DNA of 64,000 nucleotides from NCBI RefSeq assembly GCF_057098645.1, contig NZ_CM169472.1; one strand, 5' to 3'. Shown piece by piece: positions 51,951 to 64,000 of this stretch (position 1 is its first letter; each line of letters starts with the position of its first letter). The notes under the pieces were generated by a model. It saw only the letters and a program-made list of their open reading frames with translations, ran no database searches and was not told where the DNA came from. The position numbers and the translations under genes were made by a program.

Positions 51951-52544
51951 TCATTTTTTACGTGCCAGCATCGTGGCGAAACGCAGTTTAATACGATTAC
52001 CGTTGGCGTCGGTGCGGTGCAGCTCGCCGACGTCTTCATTGTATTTCACCATCTCCCAGCCTTCGTAATATCGACGTAATTCTCCCTCTTTGAAGGCAAA
52101 CGGGAAGCCGACGGTACATGGATAATCAGCGGTATCCATCGCCGCCACAATCAGGTTGTAACCGCCAGGTTTAGTGCAACGTTGCATATTGGCAATCAGC
52201 CCTGGGATGGTTTTAGCCTCAAGGAACATCAGCACCACAGTCGAAAGAATAAAATCGTACTGTCCAGCAAATGTGAGGTTATTCAGATCAACGACCCGAG
52301 TGTGTAAATTATCCAGATTTTCAATAGATTTAATGCGCTCGACGTTGGCGATACTCATGGCATTTTTATCCCATGCGTCAACATCATAACCATTGGCTGC
52401 CAGGTAAAGACTGTTACGACCATTGCCACAGCCCAGATCCAGCGTTTTACCCGGTTTAACCACTTTCACCGCTTCCAGTACTTCAGAGTGTGTGCGGGTT
52501 AATTCATATTTATCAGTAAAATAGTTTTCGTCACGAATGATCAT
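51951..52544 (-). CDS. tehB: Tellurite methyltransferase
   Basis: 197 aa; SAM-MTase motif LDLGCGNG. Confidence 0.9.
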   Translation of the reverse strand: MIIRDENYFTDKYELTRTHSEVLEAVKVVKPGKTLDLGCGNGRNSLYLAANGYDVDAWDKNAMSIANVERIKSIENLDNLHTRVVDLNNLTFAGQYDFILSTVVLMFLEAKTIPGLIANMQRCTKPGGYNLIVAAMDTADYPCTVGFPFAFKEGELRRYYEGWEMVKYNEDVGELHRTDANGNRIKLRFATMLARKK

Positions 52545-53533
52545 TCTTTGTCCTCTGCTTTCATTAAAACGGCGCGCTCGGTTCTGACTAACAATTTTCC
52601 CTGCATCAGAAGCGCAAAAGTACGGATGAGCAGTATTGCAATAATAAAATTGGTAAAGATAAACAGCGGCACCGCCAGCGTATGGAAAAATCCATTATCG
52701 CTGCCACTCCCCAGATGCAAACCGGTGGTTGCCAGTGCAGATACGCCGAACGAGAAACTCCAGAATGAAGCATTAAATGGCTGGGAGAGATACCATGGCA
52801 TCAGACGTAGCATAAACAGCAGTTGCAGTAGTCCATAACCGAAAAGCATTTTCGCCAGCGTGTCACCCTCGCCGCCGTTGACGCTCAGCCAGGCACTACA
52901 GGCCACCAGCGCAGGAGCGAGTTGAATGCCGAGAGATGTCCGCAGTGCCGTGGGTAATTCTCCCGAACTGCGCAGACGCTGCAAGATCACCGGTTCAAGG
53001 CTTAGCCATGAGAAAACGCCTGCGCCTAAAAACACCAGACCGGCGTCGGTGTAGCCCAACGCACCACAGGCCATTGCGCTGATAAAGTTGTTGGCAACTG
53101 TCGGCAGATACAGTCCAGGCGTGGTAGCTTCTTCAGGGTGAGATCCGCGCCATAATCCCGCCGTTTGCCAGGCGGCATAAGCCAACTGAACCACGACACC
53201 AAAACTGAACAGGCACACCGCCAGTGGGCGAAACCACGGAACAAAACCAATCGCCACCAGCATCGTCGTTGCCGGAAACAAACTCACAAAACTGCTCAGC
53301 ACTGGATGGCGAACTTCCGCCAGCACGCTATGCGGAAAGCGTATGAGTCGGGTAATAAATGCGCTAGTCAATAATCCCCAGATGATCATCGCCAGAATCA
53401 CCAGCCCATCCCCTAACCAGTGGCTGACCTGCCAAACCTGACTGGCATAGCGCCAGGCAAATCCCATCCCTATCGTCCCCAACACAATACCAAAGTAGCC
53501 TGCCGGCAAATTGAGCACTTTATCACTCTGCAT
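52541..53533 (-). CDS. tehA: Tellurite resistance / C4-dicarboxylate transporter-like membrane protein
   Basis: 330 aa from ATG 53533; ATGA overlap with tehB. Confidence 0.9.
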   Translation of the reverse strand: MQSDKVLNLPAGYFGIVLGTIGMGFAWRYASQVWQVSHWLGDGLVILAMIIWGLLTSAFITRLIRFPHSVLAEVRHPVLSSFVSLFPATTMLVAIGFVPWFRPLAVCLFSFGVVVQLAYAAWQTAGLWRGSHPEEATTPGLYLPTVANNFISAMACGALGYTDAGLVFLGAGVFSWLSLEPVILQRLRSSGELPTALRTSLGIQLAPALVACSAWLSVNGGEGDTLAKMLFGYGLLQLLFMLRLMPWYLSQPFNASFWSFSFGVSALATTGLHLGSGSDNGFFHTLAVPLFIFTNFIIAILLIRTFALLMQGKLLVRTERAVLMKAEDKE

Positions 53534-53656
53534 CTTCTTACTCATTTTGTTTAATTTATAAAGTATATTTGAAATGCATTTTATGGAATTTTCTCGAGCA
53601 TAGCCAGAGCCGCAGAATTTGCTACGGTTATAGTAAGTCACCTGTGGGAAAACGCT

Positions 53657-54637
53657 ATGCGCAAATATCGTCTAAGTGAAGAACAGCGAGCCTTTAGTTA
53701 TCAGGAAGATGGCACTAATAAAAATGTGTTATTACGGCAGATTATCGCCATTAGCGATTTTAACGATGTGATAGCAGGAACCGCTGGCGGCTGGATCGAT
53801 CGCGAAACGGTGTTAGCACAGGAAGGAAATTGCTGGATTTACGACCAGAATGCTATTGCGTTCGGCGGAACGGTGATTTCCGGTAATACGCGCATCACCG
53901 GCATCAGCGTGCTGTGGGGAGAGGTTTACGCAACGGATAACGTCTGGATCGATAATAGTGAAATCAGCCAGGGTGCACATATAAGTGACAGTGTCACCAT
54001 TCATGACTCATTAGTTTGCGGGCAATGTAGAATATTTGGTCACGCCTTAATTGACCAACATTCTATGATCGTCGCCGCACAAGGCTTAACGCCCGACCAT
54101 CAACTCCTGCTACAAATTTATGATCGCGCAAGGGTTAGCGCCTCGCGTATTGTTCACCAGGCACAAATTTATGGCGATGCCGTCATCCGGTATGCTTTTA
54201 TTGAACATCGCGCCGAAGTTTTTGATTTTGCCAGTATTGAAGGTAATGAAGAGAACAACGTCTGGCTATGCGATTGCGCTAAAGTCTACGGTCACGCGCA
54301 GGTGAAAGCTGGCATAGAAGAAGATGCCATTCCGACGATTCATTACAGTTCGCAGGTGGCGGAATATGCCATTGTGGAAGGTGATTGTGTGTTAAAACAT
54401 CATGTCTTGATTGGCGGAAATGCCGTGGTACGTGGTGGACCGATTCTGCTCGACGAGCACGTTGTAATACAAGGTGAGAGCCGTATTACAGGTGCGGTGA
54501 TAATTGAAAACCATGTGGAGTTAACCGACCACGCCGTCGTTGAAGCCTTTGATGGCGACACGGTTCATGTCCGTGGTCCAAAAGTCATTAACGGCGAGGA
54601 GCGCATTACGCGAACGCCGCTGGCAGGGTTATTATGA
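53657..54637 (+). CDS. ydcK: Hexapeptide-repeat protein
   Basis: 326 aa. Confidence 0.85.
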   Translation: MRKYRLSEEQRAFSYQEDGTNKNVLLRQIIAISDFNDVIAGTAGGWIDRETVLAQEGNCWIYDQNAIAFGGTVISGNTRITGISVLWGEVYATDNVWIDNSEISQGAHISDSVTIHDSLVCGQCRIFGHALIDQHSMIVAAQGLTPDHQLLLQIYDRARVSASRIVHQAQIYGDAVIRYAFIEHRAEVFDFASIEGNEENNVWLCDCAKVYGHAQVKAGIEEDAIPTIHYSSQVAEYAIVEGDCVLKHHVLIGGNAVVRGGPILLDEHVVIQGESRITGAVIIENHVELTDHAVVEAFDGDTVHVRGPKVINGEERITRTPLAGLL

Positions 54638-55168
54638 ATCGATAATACGCGCGTATAAGTTCACATCATCATAGGCATCATTCAGGAACTCAGCCTGTTT
54701 CAGGCAACCTTCAAGGATAAAACTATTGCGCAAAGCGACCTGGTTGCTTTGCGGATTGTCCACCCGACATTTGATCACGAAGCGTCTAAGTTCACCAGAC
54801 TGGGCGTAATGATGAATCAATGCCTGCAGCGCCTGAGAAATGATCCCCTGCCCCTGATGAGATTCATCCAGCCAGTAGCCGATTTCAGCGGTTTTATTCA
54901 GTGGTTCAATACGATTAAACGAGATAACGCCGATAAGTTCATCTTCTTTGAAAATCATGAACATTTTGGCATAGCCGCGTTGATGCAACATCACATTACC
55001 CTGCACCGTTTTTCGCGTGTCCTCTTCACTCTGAACGAACTGCGGCCAGTTTAGCGACTGCTGTAACCAGGTTTTATTTTTACAGATTAACTGATAAAGA
55101 GGAGTGACGTGATTTTCTGCAACAGCATGTAATTCAAGTGATTCGCTTACTTTTATCGTTTCAGTCAT
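54632..55168 (-). CDS. rimL: Ribosomal protein L7/L12 N-acetyltransferase
   Basis: 179 aa GNAT. Confidence 0.85.
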   Translation of the reverse strand: MTETIKVSESLELHAVAENHVTPLYQLICKNKTWLQQSLNWPQFVQSEEDTRKTVQGNVMLHQRGYAKMFMIFKEDELIGVISFNRIEPLNKTAEIGYWLDESHQGQGIISQALQALIHHYAQSGELRRFVIKCRVDNPQSNQVALRNSFILEGCLKQAEFLNDAYDDVNLYARIIDS

Positions 55169-55230
55169 CTTATCTCCAGTCAATCCATGCAGTTGTTAAA
55201 AAAGCCGCCTGGCTGGCGGCTTAGGAAAGT

Positions 55231-55455
55231 TTACACCTCTTTGACGCTCTCCTGCTGCAGGATTTTGAGCATCTCATCTTTTAACTGTAGCTTTTGTTTT
55301 TTCATGCGGACCACTTCCGCATTGTACCCTCGACCGTCGGAACCTTCCTTTCTGGCAATTTCATGATCAAGTTTATTGTGTTTATCGAACAAGGACATAA
55401 AGCGAGGATTTTCGTTTTTCAGACGGGATATTAAATCTCGGTATTCTGGAAACAT
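55231..55455 (-). CDS. ydcH: Small protein (74 aa)
   Basis: Synteny; ORF only. Confidence 0.7.
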   Translation of the reverse strand: MFPEYRDLISRLKNENPRFMSLFDKHNKLDHEIARKEGSDGRGYNAEVVRMKKQKLQLKDEMLKILQQESVKEV

Positions 55456-55594
55456 ACGCACTCCCTGTTAGTGGCTGACAAGGTATATCTGAAATACACA
55501 CCATCAGATTACTCATTTAACTTAGGGAAAAATGCGAGCGGGATCGTGTTTAACCAGACGGCACCTCCCGAAGAAGGTGCCGAAGAAAAAACAA

Positions 55595-57250
55595 TTAACT
55601 CATCACGCGGTCGTCAACATACTGACGTTTATCGGGCGCTGGCGGGAAATACTGATACAGCCATGTTTCACTGATAGCGTCGCCCTGACAACGCAGATAC
55701 ATCCGCATATCGACCGGATCAGTGGAGTCCGACGTCGGATACCAGTCAAACTGAATACGATAACCATCAATGGGTTCAATATAGAGAATTTCGATTTGCT
55801 TCGCTTCCCCACTGGAAAGCGTAATCACCGGCTCAATGCCTTTTGGCGCGGCAGCTTTCAGATCACCACCAACGAAATCGACGGCAAAACGACGCGCCCA
55901 TTTTTCGGGATAGTGTTCACCTGGCGCCCAACCTTCCGGGAAACCGCCCATGCCGGTACGCGTCGCCATAACGCGCGCTAATGGGCAATGAACAGGCGGT
56001 TGCGCACTCCAGTACAGACGATACTGGAATGCAAACTCATCACCCGCTTTTACAGCTTTTTCTGGCTGCCAGAAGCAGACAATGTTATCCAGCGTTTCGC
56101 CCGTTGTTGGGATTTCCATCAGGCCGATGGTGCCCTTACCCCACTTGTTACGCGGTTCCACCCACAGACTTGGGCGTTTGTTATACCAGCCCATAATGTC
56201 CTGATAATGGGAGAAGTCACGATCCAGTTGCAATAAACCAAACCCTTTCGGGTTGTTGTCGGTGTAAGCATTGAACTGCAATTTTTGCGGATTATTCAGC
56301 GGACGGCAAATCCACTCGCCGTTGCCCCGCCACATGGACAGACGATCAGAGTCATGAATTTGCGGATGAATGGTGTCGCACATCCGACGTTCATTAGTAC
56401 CGCAGCTGAACATGCTGGTCATCGGCGCAATGCCCAGCTGTTTAATGTCTTTGCGCGCATACAGGTGATTTTCCACATCCATAATCACCTGACTTTTCTC
56501 ACAATGGATAGTGAACTTATAGGCACCAGTAATGCTGGCGCTATCGAGCAACGCATAAACGGTAAAGGTAGTTGCCCCCGGTTTTACCGTATCAAACCAG
56601 AAGGCGGTAAAGTCGGGGAACTCTTCTTTACTGTCGGTGTAAGTGTCGATCGCCAGGCCGCGGGCCGACAAACCGTATTGATATGTATCATCAACGGCGC
56701 GGAAATAACTCGCTCCGAGGAATGATACTACATCACGGCGCGCCAGTTCGGGGGCTTTAAACACGCGAAAACCGGCAAAGCCGAGATCGCTTTGCCCTTC
56801 TAATTGTTTGGTATCAACACCTGCATCGTTGTATTTGAACAACTCCGGGCGAAAGTGAATTTCACGCGCCAGATGTGTTGCTGGATCTACAGAAAACATA
56901 CGAACGCGGCGACGGAATCCCATTCCCATATGGAAGAACTGAGCGTCCAGTTGACGGTTCTCAACGTTATGCCAGAGCGATTTTTCGGCGTCGTATTGAA
57001 TACTGTTATAAGCCTGCGGCGTCATTGTCGCCAGCGTGTCAGGTAACGGACGAGGCGCACCACGCCACGCTGTTTGCGCTAAATCATGCGCCATTGACTG
57101 TAGAATGGAGAAGTCAAAACGCTGGGTTTGCCCATCGGCAATATCAGAATCTGCCGCGAATGCCGCCTGAGAAAAAAGAGAAGCAATGCCGCTGGTACCG
57201 CACACGGCGGCCATAGCCATTGAACCTTTAATAAATCGTCTACGATCCAT
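55595..57250 (-). CDS. opgD: Periplasmic glucan biosynthesis protein D, Tat-secreted
   Basis: 551 aa; N-terminal MDRRRFIKG twin-arginine signal. Confidence 0.9.
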   Translation of the reverse strand: MDRRRFIKGSMAMAAVCGTSGIASLFSQAAFAADSDIADGQTQRFDFSILQSMAHDLAQTAWRGAPRPLPDTLATMTPQAYNSIQYDAEKSLWHNVENRQLDAQFFHMGMGFRRRVRMFSVDPATHLAREIHFRPELFKYNDAGVDTKQLEGQSDLGFAGFRVFKAPELARRDVVSFLGASYFRAVDDTYQYGLSARGLAIDTYTDSKEEFPDFTAFWFDTVKPGATTFTVYALLDSASITGAYKFTIHCEKSQVIMDVENHLYARKDIKQLGIAPMTSMFSCGTNERRMCDTIHPQIHDSDRLSMWRGNGEWICRPLNNPQKLQFNAYTDNNPKGFGLLQLDRDFSHYQDIMGWYNKRPSLWVEPRNKWGKGTIGLMEIPTTGETLDNIVCFWQPEKAVKAGDEFAFQYRLYWSAQPPVHCPLARVMATRTGMGGFPEGWAPGEHYPEKWARRFAVDFVGGDLKAAAPKGIEPVITLSSGEAKQIEILYIEPIDGYRIQFDWYPTSDSTDPVDMRMYLRCQGDAISETWLYQYFPPAPDKRQYVDDRVMS

Positions 57251-57474
57251 ACCTGAAAGTGAGTCCTTCTGGTGTTGTGAATGGTCCCGCGCTGGTCGTT
57301 TTCAGCGGCAAGAAAGTGCTTATTTATGACCGCTCACTCTAGACAATATTTATTAATAATCCAATTGTTGAACTCAGAGAATATGCATAAATCGGCAATT
57401 TTTTTATGTCGATGGGATGAGCCTGATTCGTTTGTAAAATCAGGCAAATTTTTGCAAAGGCGGATGGTCAGAAT

Positions 57475-58818
57475 TTAAAGCAAACCACAGTGACGTTTAC
57501 TGCGTTCTTCCGCTTCCTGATAAAGCTGGAACTCATCCAAAACCGGACAACCCAACGCCTGCTCAAATGCTTCGCGACTGGCATTACCGTGGCTGCGTGC
57601 CTGCGTTTCATTACCCAGATTTGACTGGAAGATCCCCGCCGCGCTAACGGGCAAGAAATCTTCATAGGTAATGGGTTGCGCCACTACCCAACCACGTTCA
57701 ATTAAGGGTTGTGGATCGTCTCCGGGATGAATCGCCTGACGATGCGCCTCACCCGAAGGCGTCAGACGGTACCGGAACCATGCCAGCCCTTGCTGACGCA
57801 TTAAAAACTCACTGTCAGGAAAAGTGCGGAAGGTTTCCTGTAAATGCATTTGGTGAGTGAGATTATCCTGCCCGGTTCCAGCGTTACGCAGAAGATCATC
57901 ATACAGTTGTCGCCCTTTCGGCGTTAATGCCACGCCACGCTGCTCAATTTCACCAAAGCGCGCAGTATGCGTGCCCTGTTTCTGCCCCGCAAACAACACC
58001 GTCTCTTCCAGTGCTTTAAAGCTGGTCTGGCGTAGTAAAATCGGTACCTCGCGGCGCGGCGGCCCTTCGATCAGAATTTTTGGTTCAATTCCGCATTCAG
58101 GCATCATCGACTGCACCCGGTCAATATCCAGCGTACGTGGCGTCAGATGGTTGATATGGCATCCAGGAAAACAGACCACATCAGCAATCAACCGATGTTC
58201 GTTGTGCAAGGCGCGATAGGTTTCTTCATCTACCGTTGCTGACTGGTGCCAGCGAAACGTTTCCAGGGCCTCCTGCACAAACTCCTGTGCCTGTGTTTCG
58301 TTAAAACCGCCCTGCTGCTCATATTCCTCTAACAGTTGTCGACAACGTGGGGTGAATATATCGCGCTGACGCAGAATCTCCGCCGCTTTCTGGCGCAAAA
58401 TTTCGTTCTCGATAAGCTCAAGGCGGAGTAAGGAGGTAAAAACGCGGAAGGGATTACGCGCCAGAGAAGCATCATCAATGGGCCGAAATGCTGTCGAATG
58501 TACCGGCACCCCTGCCTGCGAGAGATCGTAATAGCTCACCGGGTACATCCCCATAATGGCAAACATCCGCCGAAGAGTAGCAAGCTCTTGTGCAGTCCCA
58601 ACGCGAATCGCCCCATGACGTTCAACATTCAGTCGCGCCAGCTCGTCTGCATTTACCATTTTTTCGTGCAGTTGAGGATTGTTTTCCAGCACAGCCAGAT
58701 TCACATCAGCTACCAGTTCCAGCAGCGTGCCGTACTGCGGAACTTCTTGCTGGTACATGGCTGACATTGCCTGCGAAAACTGTTCCCGAATCTCATCCGC
58801 CGTGATGCTGTTCGCCAT
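57475..58818 (-). CDS. ydcJ: Conserved protein of unknown function
   Basis: 447 aa; synteny. Confidence 0.85.
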   Translation of the reverse strand: MANSITADEIREQFSQAMSAMYQQEVPQYGTLLELVADVNLAVLENNPQLHEKMVNADELARLNVERHGAIRVGTAQELATLRRMFAIMGMYPVSYYDLSQAGVPVHSTAFRPIDDASLARNPFRVFTSLLRLELIENEILRQKAAEILRQRDIFTPRCRQLLEEYEQQGGFNETQAQEFVQEALETFRWHQSATVDEETYRALHNEHRLIADVVCFPGCHINHLTPRTLDIDRVQSMMPECGIEPKILIEGPPRREVPILLRQTSFKALEETVLFAGQKQGTHTARFGEIEQRGVALTPKGRQLYDDLLRNAGTGQDNLTHQMHLQETFRTFPDSEFLMRQQGLAWFRYRLTPSGEAHRQAIHPGDDPQPLIERGWVVAQPITYEDFLPVSAAGIFQSNLGNETQARSHGNASREAFEQALGCPVLDEFQLYQEAEERSKRHCGLL

Positions 58819-59034
58819 AGTGTCTGCCTCCAGTGGTCAGTAATCTGGAGTGTAGGTAACCGCATTCACTCTGGCGGGAAGAATTTACAAACTGTGATCT
58901 CGCCGCGAAAACATCAATATTATCTATTTTGCTGTAACATAATTACTTTAATTGTTAATAATATTTTGCAATCAAGTTATCATAATCAAACAACTTCACT
59001 TGTCAGCGACACCGCTTCGTTTTTAACATCGCTT

Positions 59035-59958
59035 ATGGAAAAAAATAGTCTGTTTAGTCAGCGCATCCGTTTGCGCCACCTTCATACATTCGTAGCTGTC
59101 GCACAACAAGGAACTTTGGGGCGCGCGGCTGAAACCCTTAATTTGAGTCAACCTGCGCTCTCTAAGACATTGAATGAACTGGAGCAGCTGACGGGCGCTC
59201 GCTTGTTTGAGCGTGGTCGTCAGGGGGCGCAACTTACCTTACCCGGCGAACAATTTTTAACGCATGCAGTCAGAGTTCTTGACGCCATCAACACTGCTGG
59301 ACAGTCGCTTAATCGTAAAGAAGGTCCTAATAATGATGTCGTCAGGGTTGGTGCACTACCTACTGCGGCACTGGGGATATTACCTTCGGTTATAGGTCAG
59401 TTTCATCAGCAACAAAAAGAGACGACCTTGCAAGTTGCGACAATGAGTAACCCTATGATTCTGGCGGGTTTGAAAACCGGGGAAATCGATATCGGCATTG
59501 GTCGGATGTCAGATCCTGAACTGATGACCGGGCTTAATTACGAACTGCTGTTTCTTGAATCGCTGAAGCTGGTTGTCCGCCCTAATCACCCGCTACTTCA
59601 GGAGAACGTAACGCTAAGCCGGGTGCTGGAATGGCCGGTCGTTGTATCACCAGAAGGCACTGCGCCACGCCAGCATTCAGATGCATTAGTACAGAGCCAG
59701 GGATGTAAAATTCCTTCGGGTTGTATCGAAACGCTGTCTGCTTCGCTATCTCGTCAACTTACGGTTGAATACGACTACGTGTGGTTTGTCCCTTCTGGCG
59801 CGGTAAAAGACGACCTGCGTCATGCCACGCTGGTGGCCCTGCCTGTTCCGGGACATGGTGCAGGCGAACCGATTGGAATACTGACCCGCGTAGATGCGAC
59901 GTTCTCTTCTGGTTGCCAGTTGATGATTAACGCTATTCGAAAATCAATGCCGTTCTGA
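59035..59958 (+). CDS. ydcI: LysR-family transcriptional regulator
   Basis: 307 aa from ATG 59035; N-terminal HTH. Confidence 0.85.
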   Translation: MEKNSLFSQRIRLRHLHTFVAVAQQGTLGRAAETLNLSQPALSKTLNELEQLTGARLFERGRQGAQLTLPGEQFLTHAVRVLDAINTAGQSLNRKEGPNNDVVRVGALPTAALGILPSVIGQFHQQQKETTLQVATMSNPMILAGLKTGEIDIGIGRMSDPELMTGLNYELLFLESLKLVVRPNHPLLQENVTLSRVLEWPVVVSPEGTAPRQHSDALVQSQGCKIPSGCIETLSASLSRQLTVEYDYVWFVPSGAVKDDLRHATLVALPVPGHGAGEPIGILTRVDATFSSGCQLMINAIRKSMPF

Positions 59959-59995
59959 AAGGTGAAGGGATCTGTCGATCCCTCCTTGAACATTT

Positions 59996-61636
59996 TCACA
60001 CCGTAGCGAAACTAACTTGTTCACCCGCTCCGCGAGGTTCTGCCGACACAGAATGTTTGTTCAGACGGAATACGTCCACCGCCTCAGTTAATCGTGCCGC
60101 CTGTTCTTCAAGGGACACCGCCGCTGCTGAGGCCTCTTCTACCAGAGAAGCATTCTGTTGCGTCACCTTATCCATTTCAGAAATCGCCTGGCTAACCTGA
60201 GTTATACCTCTACTTTGTTCATCCGAGGCGGCGGCGATTTCCTGCATGATATGTGTGACACTCGCGACGGCATCAACAATAGTGCTCATGGTTTTCCCTG
60301 CCGTTGCCACCTCATCCGACCCCAGGTCAATTAACCTGACTGATTCACTGATCAAGCCTTCAATCTCTTTCGCCGCCTGAGCGCTGCGGCTTGCGAGTGT
60401 CCGTACTTCGCTGGCGACAACGGCAAATCCACGCCCTTGCTCACCCGCTCGCGCGGCTTCAACGGCAGCATTCAGTGCCAGAATATTCGTCTGGAAAGCA
60501 ATACTGTTGATGACGGCGGTGATCTCAGAAATTTTCTTCGAACTCATAGAGATAGCGCCCATCGTTTTTACTACACCGGAAACCGTTTGCCCGCCATCGC
60601 TGGCTTTAATAGAAGCCTCTTGCGCCAGTTTGCTGGCATGATGCGCGTTATCCGCATTCTGTTTCACCGTCGCAGTGAGTTGCTCCATGCTGGCGGCAGT
60701 TTGTTCGATAGCCGCCGCTTGTTCTTCGGTGCGAGATGAAAGGTCCGCATTGCCAGCGGAAATTTCGCTGGTGCCACGATAAATCTCTTCCGCGCCCTGT
60801 CGAACAGTCCCTACTGTCATCCCCAGTGAATGCTGCATTTGCTGTAAATGACGACTTAAGCGACCGATTTCATTACGACCCGCCGGTTCATCATTCATCG
60901 TCAGATCGCCACTGGCGATTTTTTCAATCCGTTGTGCGGCATGTTGCAGTGGACGAATGACGATCTGACGTAGCACCATAAATGTTATCAGCGTCATGAC
61001 CAGGGCAAGCACAAACGCGCCAATCATGAACATCCCACCCACGCGGGTGCGCTGATGGGCCAGTTCCGCCAGTTGGTTGGCTCTGGTGCTACGTATCTTA
61101 ACGGCTTTGTTCAAAATATCGGTATAAGCATTATCCAGCGTTCGGATCTGCTCACTTTCATGATTGATAATCGCTTCAAACATGCCATTTTTGGCATATT
61201 TCAACATAGGTTGCATACCCGTGATATAAGCCTGGAAGCGTTGATTTAATTCAGTGTCGAGGGCTTCATCAGCAGGTGTTTTCACCGGCCGATTCTGATA
61301 AGCACGATAACCTTGCTGCGACTGTTTAATCTCCGATTCGGCTTGCGCAATATTTCGCTTCATTGCTTCCATTTCCGCAATACGACTCGCAGCCCCGGCC
61401 TGAATCATATTGATCCGGGCTGAACGCAAAAAATCTGAACTGTTCGCTAACCCGGTCCGAATCTCAATCTCCGCAGTAACATCACGCTGATCGCGATCGG
61501 CCTGCCAGAGGAAATAGCCGGCAAGGGATGAACTTAATGCGAATAGAACTAAGATACCGCCAAGAATGCAGGCAAATAACGGAACCAGCCTGATGTGATG
61601 CAAAAAACCTAATCGCTGTGAGGGAGTTGTATTCAT
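59996..61636 (-). CDS. trg: Methyl-accepting chemotaxis protein III (ribose/galactose sensor)
   Basis: 546 aa; two TM segments, HAMP and MCP signalling domain. Confidence 0.9.
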   Translation of the reverse strand: MNTTPSQRLGFLHHIRLVPLFACILGGILVLFALSSSLAGYFLWQADRDQRDVTAEIEIRTGLANSSDFLRSARINMIQAGAASRIAEMEAMKRNIAQAESEIKQSQQGYRAYQNRPVKTPADEALDTELNQRFQAYITGMQPMLKYAKNGMFEAIINHESEQIRTLDNAYTDILNKAVKIRSTRANQLAELAHQRTRVGGMFMIGAFVLALVMTLITFMVLRQIVIRPLQHAAQRIEKIASGDLTMNDEPAGRNEIGRLSRHLQQMQHSLGMTVGTVRQGAEEIYRGTSEISAGNADLSSRTEEQAAAIEQTAASMEQLTATVKQNADNAHHASKLAQEASIKASDGGQTVSGVVKTMGAISMSSKKISEITAVINSIAFQTNILALNAAVEAARAGEQGRGFAVVASEVRTLASRSAQAAKEIEGLISESVRLIDLGSDEVATAGKTMSTIVDAVASVTHIMQEIAAASDEQSRGITQVSQAISEMDKVTQQNASLVEEASAAAVSLEEQAARLTEAVDVFRLNKHSVSAEPRGAGEQVSFATV

Positions 61637-61967
61637 TACCGTTGTCTCTCGTCCAGGTTTACTCCTGATAGAAAGTCATCGGCATTTGACGGTAATTACT
61701 TACGACCAAAAACCTCTTTGCGTCACATTTTTACAACAATTATTACAGAAGAGATTAATGCCATTGGAATGAAGAGAGTAACGAATGGCTAAACCGAATG
61801 ACGAAAAATTCTGGAAAACAGCACGCAATTTCGTGAAGTGATTATTTTCGTCCCTAAGGAAACCTCATAGGATGCCTGCGGATGCCTGAGACTTTCTGTT
61901 TTCAGGCTAACCGGGAATCAGAAAGACGAAGGCCCCGACCGATATTTCTATCAACCGAGGCCAACGA

Positions 61968-62175
<208 letters not shown>

Positions 62176-62246
62176 GGGCAAGCGCGGGGATTTTCCCCGT
62201 GCATCTGACTAGCAGATTCATTTTCTCATGGCACCCCTTTTACACT

Positions 62247-62420
62247 TCAGTTAGTGCATGTTTTTTTCGAGGCACTAATAGAACCATCATTACAGACAAA
62301 TTTGCCGCCTGCCGTACAGTGTGAGATCCCCCCTTTCGAACCAGAACAAGGTTTGCGCCCGGCATCGGCATAAAAGGAAACAAGCGTTCCCATAAACAAA
62401 ATAAGTGCCAGTTTTTTCAT
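62247..62420 (-). CDS. ydcA: Small secreted Cys-rich protein (57 aa)
   Basis: ATG preceded by GGAGG; signal peptide. Confidence 0.7.
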   Translation of the reverse strand: MKKLALILFMGTLVSFYADAGRKPCSGSKGGISHCTAGGKFVCNDGSISASKKTCTN

Positions 62421-62590
62421 ATAACCTCCATGGTTTATCGAATCTTATGTTCGATTTGAACGTTATACGCTGGTTTATTTTGATACCGTTGATGAGATCA
62501 AAGATCGGGTGAATTGATTAAAAATAAGCCAGATGGACGTATGGGCAAGGATTATGGTTTTATTTGTCACACAAATAAATATAATAGGCG

Positions 62591-62654
62591 CTTCCGATGT
62601 AGACCCGTACTCTTCGCCTGTACCACGGGTCGGTTTTAGTACAGGCGTTTTCTT
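62591..62654 (+). ncRNA. rydC: RydC small RNA
   Basis: Sequence CTTCCGATGTAGACCCGT...GCCTGTACCACGGGTCGGTTTTAGTACAGGCGTTTTCT matches recalled RydC, with TATAAT upstream and terminal hairpin + U-tract. Confidence 0.75.
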
Positions 62655-62664
62655 TAAATATCCT

Positions 62665-63195
62665 TCAGGAACGTTTACGCGGCATCATGCGTAGAAGTGT
62701 GTTGTCCTTCCAGAAATAGTGGTGTGCCAGTGCAGCCGCAGCGTGCAACCCGATGACAAAATATCCCAGATTCGCCAGCGTTTCATGCCACGACTTTAAG
62801 CTATCTACCCGTTCGAAATTGGCCTCTGAAGCGTAAGGCATCGTCAAACCAAACGCAAACCACGGGTTGCCCCGGTTATACATCATCACCAAACCAATCA
62901 CTGGCAGCGCAATAAACAGGAGATAAATCACCAAATGTCCCAAATGCGCCAGTCCCGTCATCATCGGTTTCGGCTTAGGTATAATCGGCGGGGTTGGGTA
63001 TTTCAGTCTTAACAAAAGACGAACCACCATCAGCACGAGAATTGAGATGCCACAGGAAACATGAATCATGTTGATGAGCGGCCGATCGCTACGTGGGAAG
63101 AAACCCCGAAACTCCATTGCGCAATACGCTGCGATAACCAGCAAAAAGACCAGCCAGTGAATGCTGATTTGTAACCTTGAGTATTTATTTTCCAT
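62665..63195 (-). CDS. cybB: Cytochrome b561
   Basis: 176 aa from ATG 63195; 4 TM helices with His ligands. Confidence 0.9.
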   Translation of the reverse strand: MENKYSRLQISIHWLVFLLVIAAYCAMEFRGFFPRSDRPLINMIHVSCGISILVLMVVRLLLRLKYPTPPIIPKPKPMMTGLAHLGHLVIYLLFIALPVIGLVMMYNRGNPWFAFGLTMPYASEANFERVDSLKSWHETLANLGYFVIGLHAAAALAHHYFWKDNTLLRMMPRKRS

Positions 63196-63383
63196 AACAT
63201 TTCCTGCTTTAACATAATTTTCCGTTAACATAACGGGCTTTTCTCAAAATTTCATTAAATATTGTTCACCCGTTTTCAGTACGTTACGTTTCACTGTAAG
63301 AATGGAGATTGCCCATCCCGCCATCCTGGTCTAAGCCTGGAAAGGATCAATTTTCATCCGAACGTTCCTGACAGGAGAAAACC

Positions 63384-64000
63384 ATGAGTAAAGTTGGTAT
63401 TAACGGTTTTGGTCGTATCGGTCGACTGGTGTTGCGTCGATTACTTGAAGTCAAAAGCAACATAGACGTTGTCGCTATTAATGATCTCACTTCTCCAAAA
63501 ATTCTCGCCTACCTGCTGAAACATGATTCAAACTACGGACCGTTCCCCTGGAGCGTTGATTTTACGGAAGATTCACTTATCGTTAATGGGAAAAGTATCG
63601 CGGTTTACGCCGAAAAAGAGGCTAAAAATATTCCGTGGAAAGCGAAAGGTGCAGAAATCATTGTCGAATGTACTGGCTTTTATACCTCCGCCGAGAAATC
63701 GCAGGCGCATCTTGATGCTGGTGCGAAGAAGGTGTTGATTTCCGCTCCTGCCGGTGAAATGAAAACCATCGTTTATAACGTTAATGACGACACTCTGGAT
63801 GGCAACGACACCATTGTTTCCGTGGCGTCATGCACCACTAACTGCCTTGCGCCGATGGCCAAAGCCTTGCATGACAGTTTCGGGATAGAAGTCGGCACGA
63901 TGACGACCATTCATGCCTATACTGGCACCCAGTCACTGGTGGATGGCCCGCGTGGTAAAGATTTACGTGCTTCACGCGCAGCGGCAGAAAATATCATTCC
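63384..64000 (+). CDS. gapC: Glyceraldehyde-3-phosphate dehydrogenase C, N-terminal 205 codons (runs off window end)
   Basis: ATG after AGGAG; NGFGRIGR Rossmann motif and catalytic SCTTNC; no stop within window. Confidence 0.85.
   Translation, partial: MSKVGINGFGRIGRLVLRRLLEVKSNIDVVAINDLTSPKILAYLLKHDSNYGPFPWSVDFTEDSLIVNGKSIAVYAEKEAKNIPWKAKGAEIIVECTGFYTSAEKSQAHLDAGAKKVLISAPAGEMKTIVYNVNDDTLDGNDTIVSVASCTTNCLAPMAKALHDSFGIEVGTMTTIHAYTGTQSLVDGPRGKDLRASRAAAENII

Noticed and set aside
61860-61900. Short direct repeat GGATGCCTG x2 upstream of mokB
   Set aside because: Only two adjacent copies within the hok mRNA leader region; not a CRISPR array or tandem repeat locus. No CRISPR repeats were found anywhere in the window.
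63384-64000. Whether gapC is intact or a pseudogene as in K-12
   Set aside because: The first 205 codons are open with intact catalytic motifs, but the window ends before the region that would decide it; cannot be judged here.

Overview
The window is a reverse-oriented stretch of an Escherichia coli-type chromosome, syntenic with K-12 at roughly 1.49-1.55 Mb: maeA(3' end)-adhP-yddM-fdnIHG-yddG-porin-LRR genes-narUZYWV-yddE-nhoA-yddH-pptA-[accessory island]-yncG-ansP-yncED-mcbR-curA-mnaT-ydcZ-ydcY-ortT-patD-ydcVUTS-ydcR-hicBA-yncJ-rlhA(ydcP)-sutR-ydcO-ydcL-tehBA-ydcK-rimL-ydcH-opgD-ydcJ-ydcI-trg-mokB/hokB-ydcA-rydC-cybB-gapC(5' part). Gene names come from my recall of the protein sequences and gene order, not from a database search. 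Most of the window is ordinary core genome. Two low-GC accessory segments stand out. (1) 8.1-12.3 kb carries an intact general porin and two paralogous leucine-rich-repeat proteins whose N-termini resemble the LRR region of IpaH/SspH-type effectors but which lack the E3-ligase domain. (2) 23.6-28.9 kb is a decayed Vgr/PAAR-type island: a PAAR gene, a vgrG truncated inside its gp5-like region, an out-of-frame papain-like (Cys-His-Asp, C39-like) domain ORF with no start codon, several small AT-rich ORFs arranged like orphan toxin/immunity pairs, and the 3' half of an ISAs1/H-repeat transposase. No T6SS core genes are in the window. This island is the best candidate for something undescribed, but it may simply be a decayed remnant; I could not assign the AT-rich ORFs to any family by eye. 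Several alleles differ from what I recall for K-12 MG1655 (intact porin, longer LRR genes, truncated H-repeat transposase, no IS between ydcO and ydcL), so the source is probably a non-K-12 strain. No rRNA, tRNA or CRISPR array was seen.
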